Origin: Phycisphaerales bacterium | GTDB taxonomy: Bacteria > Planctomycetota > Phycisphaerae > WQYP01 | Assembly (NCBI GenBank): GCA_027366125.1 | Contig: DAHXKZ010000379.1 | Location: 1-46,449, forward strand | DNA: 46,449 bases | Direction: 5' to 3' | In this document: positions 1 through 9,290 of the stretch, in pieces | Numbering within the stretch: the first letter of the stretch is position 1 | Layout of the letters: every line of letters begins with the position of its first letter | Notes under the pieces: model-generated | Databases searched by the model: none | Told to the model about the DNA's origin: nothing | Seen by the model: the letters and a program-made list of their open reading frames with translations, nothing else | Made by a program: the position numbers and the translations under genes

Positions 1-162
1 ATTGCACGCGGATCGGCCCAGGAATGTATTCCCTTAATTGAGCTTGCCCGCCGTCGGAGCCTGATAACCGATGCTGACCGTTCACACTTTCGCGAGGAGC
101 TGGAGATTATTGGAAAGATGCTCTCCGGCCTGATCAACGGCCTGGAAAACCGCAGAACCTAA
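1..162 (+). CDS. 3' end of a four-helix-bundle protein (23S rRNA IVS-protein-like), truncated by the window edge
   Basis: Frame 1 reads IARGSAQECIPLIELARRRSLITDADRSHFREELEIIGKMLSGLINGLENRRT*, matching the ARGSxxE...MLSGLI C-terminal pattern of the family. Not in the ORF track because the start lies outside the window. Confidence 0.7.
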   Translation: MARGSAQECIPLIELARRRSLITDADRSHFREELEIIGKMLSGLINGLENRRT

Positions 163-549
163 CTCCCGCTTCGCCAGTTAAGAGGTTTCCGTTCACTGAA
201 CCCCGGCTTTTTTTCCGGAAAAAAGTCCTGTGATGATGCACGCATGTCGCTCATGGCATGCTGCGGCGGACGAGAACCTCCAGAACAGGCACGGCAACCC
301 TCGGGGCAAACCGCGCGCCCAGCGGCAGGCGTTCAACGCCCGCCGCACGGCAGCCTTCCCGTGGTATCGGGGTAGCTGCATAACGCGCGGGCTTGTGCGC
401 CGCCGCCCGGGGCGGAACAGCGGGCCATATTGAAACCATCAGCATCGCCTGCTTTACGTTTGACCGGCGCCCCGACCCTCAATACACTTACAGAAGCATC
501 GAATCGTTGTGCCTTTCTGATTCGCAAGCCGGCGAAAGGAGTATCGCTT

Positions 550-1809
550 ATGCGAGCACCTCAAATTGGATTGAAATTTGCCTTGTTGCTGGTGCTGGTT
601 GGAATTGCGGGATGCGCAAAAGAAAACGTACATTTGAAGCGTACCGCCGCAAGACAGAATGTACTAAGTAAAACGATGGCGGTTGCGGATGCCGGTCGCT
701 ACTTTGGTATGGACTTGTCGGCGGTGCATCCGTCCGCGACCGAAATCGTCGTCGCCGATGACAACACGCCTTTTTTGGCGTCACAGTTTGATGGAAAACA
801 CGCTTGGAAGATAGTTTTTGGTCCCACGAGGCTGAGGCTGAAATCGGCCGCCAATAGCGAGGCCGGCGAGTACCCGCTCATCTTCACCATTATGATTGAC
901 GCGACATCAGGACAGCTCATGAGCATCAGAGCAAAATTCGACGGTCCCCTTGGTGGCATGTCGCGGGAGGCATCAGCGGTGGCGGCGGAGGCGCAACTGC
1001 GTTCGCAACGGGAGTTGTACCTGGGCTTACCAGGCGAGCCGCCGAAAATAAGCTTCCTTGACGCTGTCAATGCGGGTGGCCTTGGCGACCCCTACCAAGC
1101 TAAAGAAATAACTGGACTGTACGTAATGGACTCAGACATGGGTTCGCCGCCCCGCGCGGTGTGGGTGATCAACCTCCTTGGAATACCGCCATTTTTGGTC
1201 TTTGGCCCCGGCGGTGGAATTGACAATCCTAACAAGCTCGTGCCAACTTGGCAGCGTGACCACTGCCGGAGCCTGGTTGACCCTACGACCGGAAAATTGA
1301 TGTCCACGGATAACTCCCCGCAAGGGCCGCCCCCTCCCAGCATTAACCCGTCCGCCTCCACGATCTCGGTGCCCTCGCGCGATACCACCGCCACAAGCCC
1401 CCGTGATTCGCCACGACAGCATAAACCCAAGGGCCTCAAAAGCCCACGCGATCCCCACCGTCGTCTCAGCGAACTTGGCGCCTGTTTGTGTGCAGCGGAA
1501 CAGGGCGACAGCGTTACAACGTCCTGGGCGCCATTAACGCCGCCACTGACCAATTGGTGCGTGAGGTCAACGAAGGCTACATTAATGCACAGACGGGTAC
1601 GCGCCATGAACGAAATTGGCACCCATGGACGAATTGACCGACAATGGGGACACCATTTCGAAACACCCCGTGCCAATGAGTCCGCGAGCTTGAGCACGCG
1701 AGCTTGGACAACAGTGCAATTCACGGGAAGCCAGCATACGCAACTCCAGCATGCGAAAGTACCGCCGGCACGTCGACAGGCGAATTTTATCCCCGTACAA
1801 TCATTTTAG
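550..1809 (+). CDS. Hypothetical lipoprotein; the last ~155 aa may be read-through
   Basis: AAAGGAG RBS before ATG 550; signal peptide MRAPQIGLKFALLLVLVGIAG-C with lipobox. Protein-like to about nt 1340, then random-looking. Confidence 0.6.
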   Translation: MRAPQIGLKFALLLVLVGIAGCAKENVHLKRTAARQNVLSKTMAVADAGRYFGMDLSAVHPSATEIVVADDNTPFLASQFDGKHAWKIVFGPTRLRLKSAANSEAGEYPLIFTIMIDATSGQLMSIRAKFDGPLGGMSREASAVAAEAQLRSQRELYLGLPGEPPKISFLDAVNAGGLGDPYQAKEITGLYVMDSDMGSPPRAVWVINLLGIPPFLVFGPGGGIDNPNKLVPTWQRDHCRSLVDPTTGKLMSTDNSPQGPPPPSINPSASTISVPSRDTTATSPRDSPRQHKPKGLKSPRDPHRRLSELGACLCAAEQGDSVTTSWAPLTPPLTNWCVRSTKATLMHRRVRAMNEIGTHGRIDRQWGHHFETPRANESASLSTRAWTTVQFTGSQHTQLQHAKVPPARRQANFIPVQSF

Positions 1810-1871
1810 AATTTTAGGGTTCCGAACCGAGGCGCCCGGATCGTTGACGTTGATGCGCGGAGAATTTTTAT

Positions 1872-2432
1872 ATGCCTTTGGATGAAACGCAGTTTGAAGC
1901 TGAAGAACATATGGAACGGGCCATTGAGCACCTGCGGCATGAATTGCGCGGGCTGCGCACCGGCCGCGCCAGCACGGCGCTGGTGGAGTTTGTGAAGGTG
2001 GATTATTACGGCACACCCACAGACCTGCGCGGTCTGGCCAGCCTCACCACGCCCGATGCCGCGAGCATTCTTATTAAACCGTTTGACCCGGGCAGCTTAA
2101 AAGAAATTGTCAAGGCTCTGGAAGAGGCCAAATTGGGGATTAACCCACAAAGCGACGGCAAGCAGATTCGCCTGTTATTGCCCAGCCTTTCCGGCGAGCG
2201 GCGCGAGCAGTTGTCGCACCGGGTGAAGGAGCACACCGAACAGTGCAAGGTGTCCATGCGCAATATTCGCCGGGACGCCAATCGCAAGGTGGATCAGGAA
2301 CAAAAAGAAGGGGGGCTTACGGAAGATCAGGCCAAGGGTGGCCGCGAGGAAATCCAGGAGCTATTGAAGCGTTGCGAAGCCAAGGCGGAGGATTTGGCGG
2401 CGGCTAAAATCAAAGAAATTATGGAAGTGTAA
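1872..2432 (+). CDS. frr: Ribosome recycling factor
   Basis: LRTGRAS, VDYYGTPT, LSGERR, RNIRRDAN and KEIMEV motifs; 186 aa. Confidence 0.97.
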   Translation: MPLDETQFEAEEHMERAIEHLRHELRGLRTGRASTALVEFVKVDYYGTPTDLRGLASLTTPDAASILIKPFDPGSLKEIVKALEEAKLGINPQSDGKQIRLLLPSLSGERREQLSHRVKEHTEQCKVSMRNIRRDANRKVDQEQKEGGLTEDQAKGGREEIQELLKRCEAKAEDLAAAKIKEIMEV

Positions 2433-2626
2433 ACGCCGCGGGAGCTTGAGGTTCCGCGTTCATTTTTCAGTGCTTACACTGAAAAGCTCGCCGCTCGGGC
2501 GCCGCTTATTTGCCACGCGTTTGTTTATTCTTGCATATGACCGTGAATCGTGCGAAAATAAGGTCGTTGATAAGACAGGCTAAAGGCTGGCCTGTCACCA
2601 GAAACATTTTTTTAGGAGTTCATCTT

Positions 2627-3250
2627 ATGAAAACAAAATTCACCCGGCGAATGATTTTGCCGACCGCCGCACTGCTGGTCTTCATGCCACTGGCCGGTTG
2701 TCATAGTAGCAGCAGCAGCAGCACCGGCGCCGGCACAACAGGCAACACCACGCCGCCGGCGCCTCCGACGGCGCCCGCCACCCCGCCTTCCGCCAAGCCC
2801 GCCGTCAACGTTAACCACGTCAATAACACGGCGAAGCACGCGCATCACATGGGCCTTCACGCCGCGCACAAAGCCGGCGCGATGGGCCACAAGGCAGCAG
2901 GCACGATGGGGACAATGGGCCACAAGGCGGCGGGCACGATGGGGGCCATGGGCAACCATATGTCGCATAAAGCCGCCGGGATGAGCAACCACATGGGTCA
3001 TGTGACCAAAAGCATGACGTCGCACACGGCCATGAAAGCCAAGTCACTGCTTAGCAAGGCCATTGCGTATGTGAAGGCGAACAAGAACACGCTGGCTAAG
3101 CAAACCTTCAACGAACTCAACAAGCTCAAGCCCCAACTGCCGGCCACCATCGTGTCGGAAATTAACAATGCCGAGCGAATGTTCAAGCTGAAAACCGGCA
3201 CAAACATGAAGAGCCTGACCGGCACGCTTATGAACAAAATACCGAAATAA
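2627..3250 (+). CDS. His/Met-rich basic lipoprotein
   Basis: AGGAG RBS, lipobox LAG-C, Ser/Thr/Pro linker, MGHKAAG-type repeats, helical C-terminal domain, followed by a terminator. Confidence 0.8.
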   Translation: MKTKFTRRMILPTAALLVFMPLAGCHSSSSSSTGAGTTGNTTPPAPPTAPATPPSAKPAVNVNHVNNTAKHAHHMGLHAAHKAGAMGHKAAGTMGTMGHKAAGTMGAMGNHMSHKAAGMSNHMGHVTKSMTSHTAMKAKSLLSKAIAYVKANKNTLAKQTFNELNKLKPQLPATIVSEINNAERMFKLKTGTNMKSLTGTLMNKIPK

Positions 3251-3304
3251 AATCGGATTGAATTCCGCCTCGACGTTTATGATCCAATTGCAACGTAACA
3301 ATGC

Positions 3305-3337
3305 AGCGGGCTTCCCACGGGAGGCCCGCTTTTTTTT
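3305..3337 (+). terminator. Rho-independent terminator
   Basis: GC-rich stem-loop AGCGGGCTTCCC...GGGAGGCCCGCT followed by a T-run. Confidence 0.8.
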
Positions 3338-3518
3338 GTGGGCAGCGGCGCCGATGGCGAGGCGGAGATTGACTTTTCTTGGCGCGCTCGAAGTGTGGAG
3401 CTTTTTTGGATCGCAGGAGCTGTAACTCCCACGACTTTTGCGATTCCGGCGGGAGCGCAGGATGGCTTTCATTTGACATTTGGCGCCGCAGACGGGATGC
3501 TTCCCGCAGACAATTGAA

Positions 3519-3571
3519 AAGGCGATGGGGTTCGCCGTAACTGCTTCGCTCGGAAGCTGATGACTCCTGCT
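3519..3571 (+). promoter_or_regulatory. Fluoride riboswitch (crcB motif)
   Basis: GGCGATGGGGTTCGCC-GTAACTGC-TTCGCTCGGAA-GCTGATGACTCCT matches the consensus, including the pseudoknot pairing; lies ~90 nt upstream of crcB. Confidence 0.92.
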
Positions 3572-3660
3572 CTGGCCGTGGCCATCAGGAATTGTTTCGG
3601 GCTGTTCGCGCTCGTCTTGATCCGGCCTTGGTTGCCGATTTGTTATGGATGAGGTGTTGC

Positions 3661-4038
3661 GTGAAGCATTTACTTTTGACGTCGCTGCTGGTGGGGGCGT
3701 TCGGTTTTTTCGGCGCAATTGCGCGATTTTTAGTGGCGACATCCATTCAGGTGTCGGGTTTTCCCGTGAGCACGCTGGTAATTAACCTCACCGGAAGCCT
3801 GTTTCTGGGCTGGTTTATGACGGCTGCGGGGTCTTGGATGGGCGTTCCGCCGCCGTTGAGGATTGGAATTGCGGTGGGCTTTGTCGGGGCGTATACGACG
3901 TTTTCCACGTACATGTTTGAGTCCAACGCCATGCTGATGGACGGCTCGTTTTGGCGGGCCACGCTGTACATTTTGGGCAGCGTATTTCTGGGCTTAATAT
4001 GCGTGCGGGCGGGCGTGATGCTGGGTCATTTGCGATGA
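3661..4038 (+). CDS. crcB: Fluoride channel Fluc/CrcB
   Basis: GFFGAIARF, TLVINLTGS and GFVGAYTTFSTY signatures; GAGGTG RBS before GTG 3661. Confidence 0.95.
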   Translation: MKHLLLTSLLVGAFGFFGAIARFLVATSIQVSGFPVSTLVINLTGSLFLGWFMTAAGSWMGVPPPLRIGIAVGFVGAYTTFSTYMFESNAMLMDGSFWRATLYILGSVFLGLICVRAGVMLGHLR

Positions 4039-4152
4039 CTGCGGTCGGCGGCGCTGGATTGTGTCGGCGCTGGAAAATTATTGCGCGCAAGTCCGCGTTT
4101 TGCTCCGCACGAGCGCGTGCGTCGAAATGGGAAGACAATCTTGAACCGGCCG

Positions 4153-4181
4153 TTGCCAATTGGCGTATACGGCAGTATGGT
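4153..4181 (+). promoter_or_regulatory. Putative sigma70 promoter of the cox/qcr operon
   Basis: TTGCCA-N17-TATGGT upstream of coxB. Confidence 0.45.
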
Positions 4182-4339
4182 TTGAACCGGTTGGTTGAAA
4201 GTTACTTCCGGCCCGTGAAGCAACGGGTTAGGTTAATAATTGTGCCGCCGGCCTCCGTGGCGCGAAATTCGGCGAGCGTGGCGCGCCGCTGGATGGACGG
4301 CACGGCCAATCAAACCACCATCGAAGGAATGGATGCGCG

Positions 4340-5281
4340 ATGAGGTACGTCAGCCTGGCAATAGCCCTGCCATTTGGTCCGGTCTCCGGGATGGCGCGTG
4401 AGACGTCCTATTTGTTTATTTGGGTAGTTGCGCTTTGTCTGGTGATTCTGGGCGTGGTGGTTTTTTTTACGGCCCGCAACGTCATTAAATTCCGGGACAA
4501 AGGCCAGGGCACGCCGCCGCAAACCTTCGGTAATAACAAACTTGAGATCATGTGGACGGCAATTCCGTTGGTGGCGGTGACGGTAGTCTATATTTTCACC
4601 GTGCTGGTGATGCACTGGACCGACCCCAGCGTGGCCCACCCGCATCCAGACCTGGAAGTGATCGGTCATCAGTGGTGGTGGGAAGTTCATTATCCGAAGA
4701 CCGGCGTGGTGACCGCCAATGAAATCTACATCCCCACGCACAAGCGGCTGCTGATCGAGGTGCGTTCAACGGACGTGATTCACAGCTTCTGGGTGCCGCA
4801 GTTGGGCCGCAAAATGAACTGCATACCAGGCCATCCCAATTATTTTTGGATAAAGAGCGATAAAACCGGCACATTTCAGGGCACATGCTCATTGTATTGC
4901 GGGTCTGAACACGCCTGGATGCGCCTGATTGTTTACGCCGTGCCGCTGGCCAAATTTAACCAATGGCAGCGGTCGCAACTGATAAGTCAGGCTTCCGTGG
5001 CGTCGTTGCATCCGCACGGGGCAAAGGAATTCTTTTCTCATACCTGCATTAGTTGCCATGCGGTTCGCGGAACCATCGCCCATGCTGATTATGCCCCTAA
5101 TCTGTCCGACATCGGGGCCCGGCCGTGGCTGGGCGCCGGGGTCATGAAGAACACTTTGCATAACATGAAATTGTGGATATTTGACCCGCAAAAGTACAAG
5201 CCTGATTGCTACATGCCGGACCTGCACCTAAAGCATCGTCAGGCTGACGCCATCGCCCGTTACCTGGAGGCGTTGAAGTGA
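4340..5281 (+). CDS. coxB: Cytochrome c oxidase subunit II with fused cytochrome c (caa3-type)
   Basis: Two TM helices, GHQWWW, DVIHSFW, CuA motif CSLYCGSEHAWM, C-terminal CISCH heme motif. Confidence 0.96.
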   Translation: MRYVSLAIALPFGPVSGMARETSYLFIWVVALCLVILGVVVFFTARNVIKFRDKGQGTPPQTFGNNKLEIMWTAIPLVAVTVVYIFTVLVMHWTDPSVAHPHPDLEVIGHQWWWEVHYPKTGVVTANEIYIPTHKRLLIEVRSTDVIHSFWVPQLGRKMNCIPGHPNYFWIKSDKTGTFQGTCSLYCGSEHAWMRLIVYAVPLAKFNQWQRSQLISQASVASLHPHGAKEFFSHTCISCHAVRGTIAHADYAPNLSDIGARPWLGAGVMKNTLHNMKLWIFDPQKYKPDCYMPDLHLKHRQADAIARYLEALK

Positions 5282-6945
5282 CGGAAATTCCAATTCTACC
5301 GGATGTCCTTGCGGGCACGGAGCTGGAAAAAGACAGCGCCGGGTGGCTGTCCTGGCTGTCCACCGTGGACCACAAGAAAATCGGCATTATGTACCTGTGG
5401 GCATCGCTGATGTTCTTCATTATCGGCGGCCTGGAGGCCATGGTGATGCGCTTTCAGCTGGCGCAACCGCGGGAGCATCTGGTAAGCCCGCACGAATACA
5501 ACATGCTGTTTACCATGCATGGCACCACCATGATTTTTCTGGTGGTGGTGCCGCTCATGCTGGCCTTTGGCGTCTATTTTGTGCCGCTGATGATCGGCGC
5601 GCGCGACATGGCCTTTCCGCGGCTCAATGCGCTAAGTTTCTGGGTGTACGTGTTTGGCGGCTGGCTGCTGTATTACAGTTTCCTAATTGGCAATGCCCCA
5701 CAGGATGGCTGGTTTAGTTATGCCCCGTTAAGCGGACGGCCTTATTCTTTTTATCACGGACCTGACTATTGGGCGTTGGCGCTATTCGTAGTGGGCATCG
5801 GAACGGTGACGGGCGGCATTAATATGATTGTCACCATCTTCACGCTGCGCGCCCCGGGGCTGACCATACGCCGATTGCCGCTGTTTGTGTGGATGACGCT
5901 GGTCAATTCGTTCATCATTATTTTCGCGCTGCCGGCCTTGAATGTGACGCTGTTTCTGACCCTGTTGGACCGCCTGCTGGGGGCGCAATTTTTTGTTCCC
6001 GCGGCCGGGGGCTCGGCAATTTTGTACCAGCATTTCTTCTGGACTTTCGGTCACCCCGAAGTGTACATCATGATTTTGCCCGCGTGGGGCATTATTTCAG
6101 AGGTCATTCCCGTGTTTTCGCGCAAGCCCATTTTCGGCTATGGGTTTGTGGCCGGTTCAACGGTGGCCATTGGGCTGTTAAGCTTTGGGGTGTGGGTGCA
6201 TCACATGTTTGCCGACGGCTTGAATAATACGTGGTATTACGTGTTTTCGTCCATGAGCCTGCTGATTGGCGTGCCCACGGGCATTAAGATATTCAACTGG
6301 ATCGCCACCATGTATGGGGGGGCAATCCGCTTCACCACCAGCATGATGTTTGCCATCGCGTTTTTAATACAGTTTACGATGGGGGGCCTAAGCGGGATTA
6401 TGTTTGCCGCGGTGCCCATTGATTGGCAACTCAATGATTCTTACTTCGTGGTGGCGCATTTCCATTACGTGCTGTTTGGCGGAACGGTATTTGCCGTTTT
6501 GGCGGGCGTTTATTACTGGTTTCCGAAAATGTCCGGCCGCATGTTGTCCGAGCGTTGGGGCAAGTGGCATTTCTGGCTGACGGTTATTGGATTTAACGGC
6601 ACATTTTTTGTGCAGCATTTCCTGGGCATGATGGGCATGCCGCGGCGGGTTTATACGTATCCTGATAAATGGGGCTGGGGGCCGTTGAATCTTATCAGCA
6701 CGATCGGCTCGTGCATTCTGTTTGTATCCGTGCTGGTGTTCATGTGGAATCTGTACGTTAGTATTCGGTGGGGCGACCCGGCGCCGCCGAATCCGTGGGA
6801 AGCCTGGACGCTGGAATGGGCGACTACTTCTCCGCCGCCGGAACACAATTTTGACAAGGTTCCGCCGATCCGCAGCCGCCGGCCGTTATGGGATTTGCAC
6901 AACCCGGACAAAGCGGATTATTTATTCCCCGGATCGGGCCGTTAA
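5278..6945 (+). CDS. coxA: Cytochrome c oxidase subunit I, A1 family
   Basis: TVDHKKIG, DMAFPRLN (D-channel), GHPEVY, WVHHMF, PTGIKIF (K-channel), AHFHYV, GMPRR. Confidence 0.98.
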   Translation: MTEIPILPDVLAGTELEKDSAGWLSWLSTVDHKKIGIMYLWASLMFFIIGGLEAMVMRFQLAQPREHLVSPHEYNMLFTMHGTTMIFLVVVPLMLAFGVYFVPLMIGARDMAFPRLNALSFWVYVFGGWLLYYSFLIGNAPQDGWFSYAPLSGRPYSFYHGPDYWALALFVVGIGTVTGGINMIVTIFTLRAPGLTIRRLPLFVWMTLVNSFIIIFALPALNVTLFLTLLDRLLGAQFFVPAAGGSAILYQHFFWTFGHPEVYIMILPAWGIISEVIPVFSRKPIFGYGFVAGSTVAIGLLSFGVWVHHMFADGLNNTWYYVFSSMSLLIGVPTGIKIFNWIATMYGGAIRFTTSMMFAIAFLIQFTMGGLSGIMFAAVPIDWQLNDSYFVVAHFHYVLFGGTVFAVLAGVYYWFPKMSGRMLSERWGKWHFWLTVIGFNGTFFVQHFLGMMGMPRRVYTYPDKWGWGPLNLISTIGSCILFVSVLVFMWNLYVSIRWGDPAPPNPWEAWTLEWATTSPPPEHNFDKVPPIRSRRPLWDLHNPDKADYLFPGSGR

Positions 6946-7024
6946 ACAGCGGCGAATTGAATCATCGGCGCGTCGAGCGAAGCCGAGCAATGCCGAGAAA
7001 AGCCGAGAACAAAGGAGCGCAACG

Positions 7025-7612
7025 ATGGAAAAACAGTTGGGCGAACAGCGCCCCATGATGAACAAGTTCAAGATGGGCATGCTGCTTTTTATCGCCTCCG
7101 AATCGGTTTTTTTTCTTATGCTCATTTTGGCGTTCTGCGATTTCAATGGCGTGCGCGTACCGGGGCCCGATGCGCGCACGGAGCTTAAGCCGTGGGAAAC
7201 CGGCATCTACACAGCCCTGTTGATTTCCAGCAGCTTTACCATTTGGATGGCGGAGCGGCATGCGAAAAAACGCAACCGGAACTGGATGCGGTTTTGGCTG
7301 GCGGGCACGATAGCCCTGGGCATGGCGTTTCTGTATGGCGAAGCCACCGAATGGCGCGGATTGATTCATAAGCAGATGACCATCAGCCGCAACCTGTTCG
7401 GTTCCACGTTTTTTACGCTCACGGGGTTTCACGGCCTGCACGTGTGCATCGGGCTGATCATGCTGCTGGTGGTGTTCTTTGCGACGTTTTCCCGCAAGCA
7501 CCGCGATCCTTCACCCCACGCACTGGAAAGCGTCGCCATCTACTGGCACTTTGTCGATGTGGTATGGATTTTTGTGTTTAGCGTGGTCTACATCTGGGGG
7601 ACTCGCAAATGA
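7025..7612 (+). CDS. coxC: Cytochrome c oxidase subunit III (short form)
   Basis: FIASE, TGFHGLHV, YWHFVDVVW; AAGGAG RBS before ATG 7025. Confidence 0.95.
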   Translation: MEKQLGEQRPMMNKFKMGMLLFIASESVFFLMLILAFCDFNGVRVPGPDARTELKPWETGIYTALLISSSFTIWMAERHAKKRNRNWMRFWLAGTIALGMAFLYGEATEWRGLIHKQMTISRNLFGSTFFTLTGFHGLHVCIGLIMLLVVFFATFSRKHRDPSPHALESVAIYWHFVDVVWIFVFSVVYIWGTRK

Positions 7613-8445
7613 CCCTTGAGCATTTTTTCTTAACAGCGTGGGATCCCGAGCCATCAGTATTCATCGGCTGCGCGCTGTTAACGCTGGGATACTGGAAGAT
7701 CGGCGGTTTTAAGAGAAAAGGCGCCGCGCCGTGGTTTTTTCTTGCATCCATGGCGGTGCTGCTGTTGGCGCTGGTCTCTCCACTGGACACATTGGCGGAC
7801 CATTATTTGTTCAGCGCCCACATGTTGCAGCACATGATTTTGTATGAAGCCGTGCCCACGCTGTTTCTGCTGGGCCTGCCGGAAGAATCGCTGCGGCGCG
7901 TGCTGCGGTGGGCGCCTGCGGCGCGGGTGGAACGGCTGCTGCGCCGGCCGGGGCTTTCGTGGTTCATTGGCATTGGCGTGCTGTTTATCTGGCATTGGCC
8001 GCCGCTGTTCGACGCCGCGATGGTCAATGAACCGCTGCATATTTTTCAGCACCTGTGCTTCCTGGTTGGCGGGACAATTTTTTGGTATCCAATTCTCACG
8101 CCGCTGCTGGAAGCCCGCACCAACGTGTTCCAGACCATCACGTATTTGTTTCTGGGGTGTATGTCCACCAGCGTGCTGGGGCTGATGATCGCCACGCACG
8201 CGCCGGGTTTGTATGCGTTTTATGACGCGCCGGTGGACGCTTACGGCATCTTGCCGACGCTGCGCGGGCCGGCGGGATTGACGCTGGCCAATGATCAACA
8301 ACTCGGCGGTTTCTTAATGTGGGCGCCCTGCTGCCTGCTGTATGTGGCCGCCATCATGGCGTCCATCACGCAGTGGTACATGCGGGACGAAGAAGTTCCG
8401 GAGTCCGTGGTCGTTCCCGTGCCGGCTTCCGGGCGCGGCGCGTAG
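7609..8445 (+). CDS. ctaG: Cytochrome c oxidase assembly factor CtaG (caa3 type)
   Basis: SPLD, LFSAHMLQH, WHWP, DQQLGGFLMW motifs. Confidence 0.9.
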   Translation: MTLEHFFLTAWDPEPSVFIGCALLTLGYWKIGGFKRKGAAPWFFLASMAVLLLALVSPLDTLADHYLFSAHMLQHMILYEAVPTLFLLGLPEESLRRVLRWAPAARVERLLRRPGLSWFIGIGVLFIWHWPPLFDAAMVNEPLHIFQHLCFLVGGTIFWYPILTPLLEARTNVFQTITYLFLGCMSTSVLGLMIATHAPGLYAFYDAPVDAYGILPTLRGPAGLTLANDQQLGGFLMWAPCCLLYVAAIMASITQWYMRDEEVPESVVVPVPASGRGA

Positions 8446-8482
8446 GCGCCGTACTATTTTTGTCAAAAAAAGGATGCGTAAA

Positions 8483-8701
8483 ATGGCGGAAATCAGCACC
8501 AAACATGTGGAACCAGACGACACCTGGCATGAAGCGTTGCCGGAGACTATTCCAGAGCCCACGTACTGGCCGGCGGTGATGTCCTTTGGCATCATGCTGT
8601 TGGCATGGTCGGTGCTGGGGAATTATCCGATGGCTGTTGTGGCCATTCTGATTATTATCATTTCTGTAGCGGGCTGGATACGGGAGCTTTACCATGACTG
8701 A
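8483..8701 (+). CDS. Small 2-TM protein, putative oxidase subunit IV-like
   Basis: PEPTYWP...GWIREL pattern, two hydrophobic segments, overlaps the Rieske start. Confidence 0.7.
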   Translation: MAEISTKHVEPDDTWHEALPETIPEPTYWPAVMSFGIMLLAWSVLGNYPMAVVAILIIIISVAGWIRELYHD

Positions 8702-9266
8702 CCATGACGTTTCCACCAGCGAAGGATCCAACGAGGCCGTCAAGAGTTTTGAAGACGTTACGAGCTTCGCAAAATCCAAGGAGCTCGAAAAGCGACGAAA
8801 GATGCTGATCGGCATCAGCTTGTTTTGCGGCACGGTAGTCTCAGGCTTGATGGGCGTGCCGGTGCTGGGGTTTTTAATTTCGCCGCTGCTGATGAAAGTT
8901 AAGCCGGTGTGGCGCAGTGTTGGCGCCATCAGCCACTTCAAGGTCGGCGACACGAAACTTGTGAAGTTTATGGATGCATCGCCGCTGCCGTGGGCGGGCA
9001 TGTCGGCGGAAACAGCGGCGTGGGTGCGGCATAAAAAGAACCGGGAGTTTGAGGCGTTCTCCGTGGATTGCACGCATTTGGGCTGCCCGGTGCGCTGGAT
9101 GCCCAACGCCAAACTTTTCTTATGCCCGTGCCACGGCGGGGTGTTCTATGCCAGCGGCGCCGTGGCGGCCGGGCCGCCGCCCAAGCCGTTGCATAAGTAC
9201 AAGGTGCGCGTGCGCAAGGGGCAGGTGCAGTTGCTCACGCGGCCGATACCGATCACCACCAGTTAG
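8694..9266 (+). CDS. qcrA: Rieske 2Fe-2S subunit of a bc complex
   Basis: CTHLGC and CPCHGG boxes, RR before the TM anchor, GPPP. Confidence 0.95.
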   Translation: MTDHDVSTSEGSNEAVKSFEDVTSFAKSKELEKRRKMLIGISLFCGTVVSGLMGVPVLGFLISPLLMKVKPVWRSVGAISHFKVGDTKLVKFMDASPLPWAGMSAETAAWVRHKKNREFEAFSVDCTHLGCPVRWMPNAKLFLCPCHGGVFYASGAVAAGPPPKPLHKYKVRVRKGQVQLLTRPIPITTS

Positions 9267-9290
9267 GCGTGTTCAAACAGGGCCTTGTTC

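Noticed and set aside
193-445. Short overlapping ORFs between the four-helix-bundle gene and the lipoprotein
   Set aside because: No RBS or motifs, and Arg/Ala/Pro-rich composition typical of non-coding GC-rich DNA.
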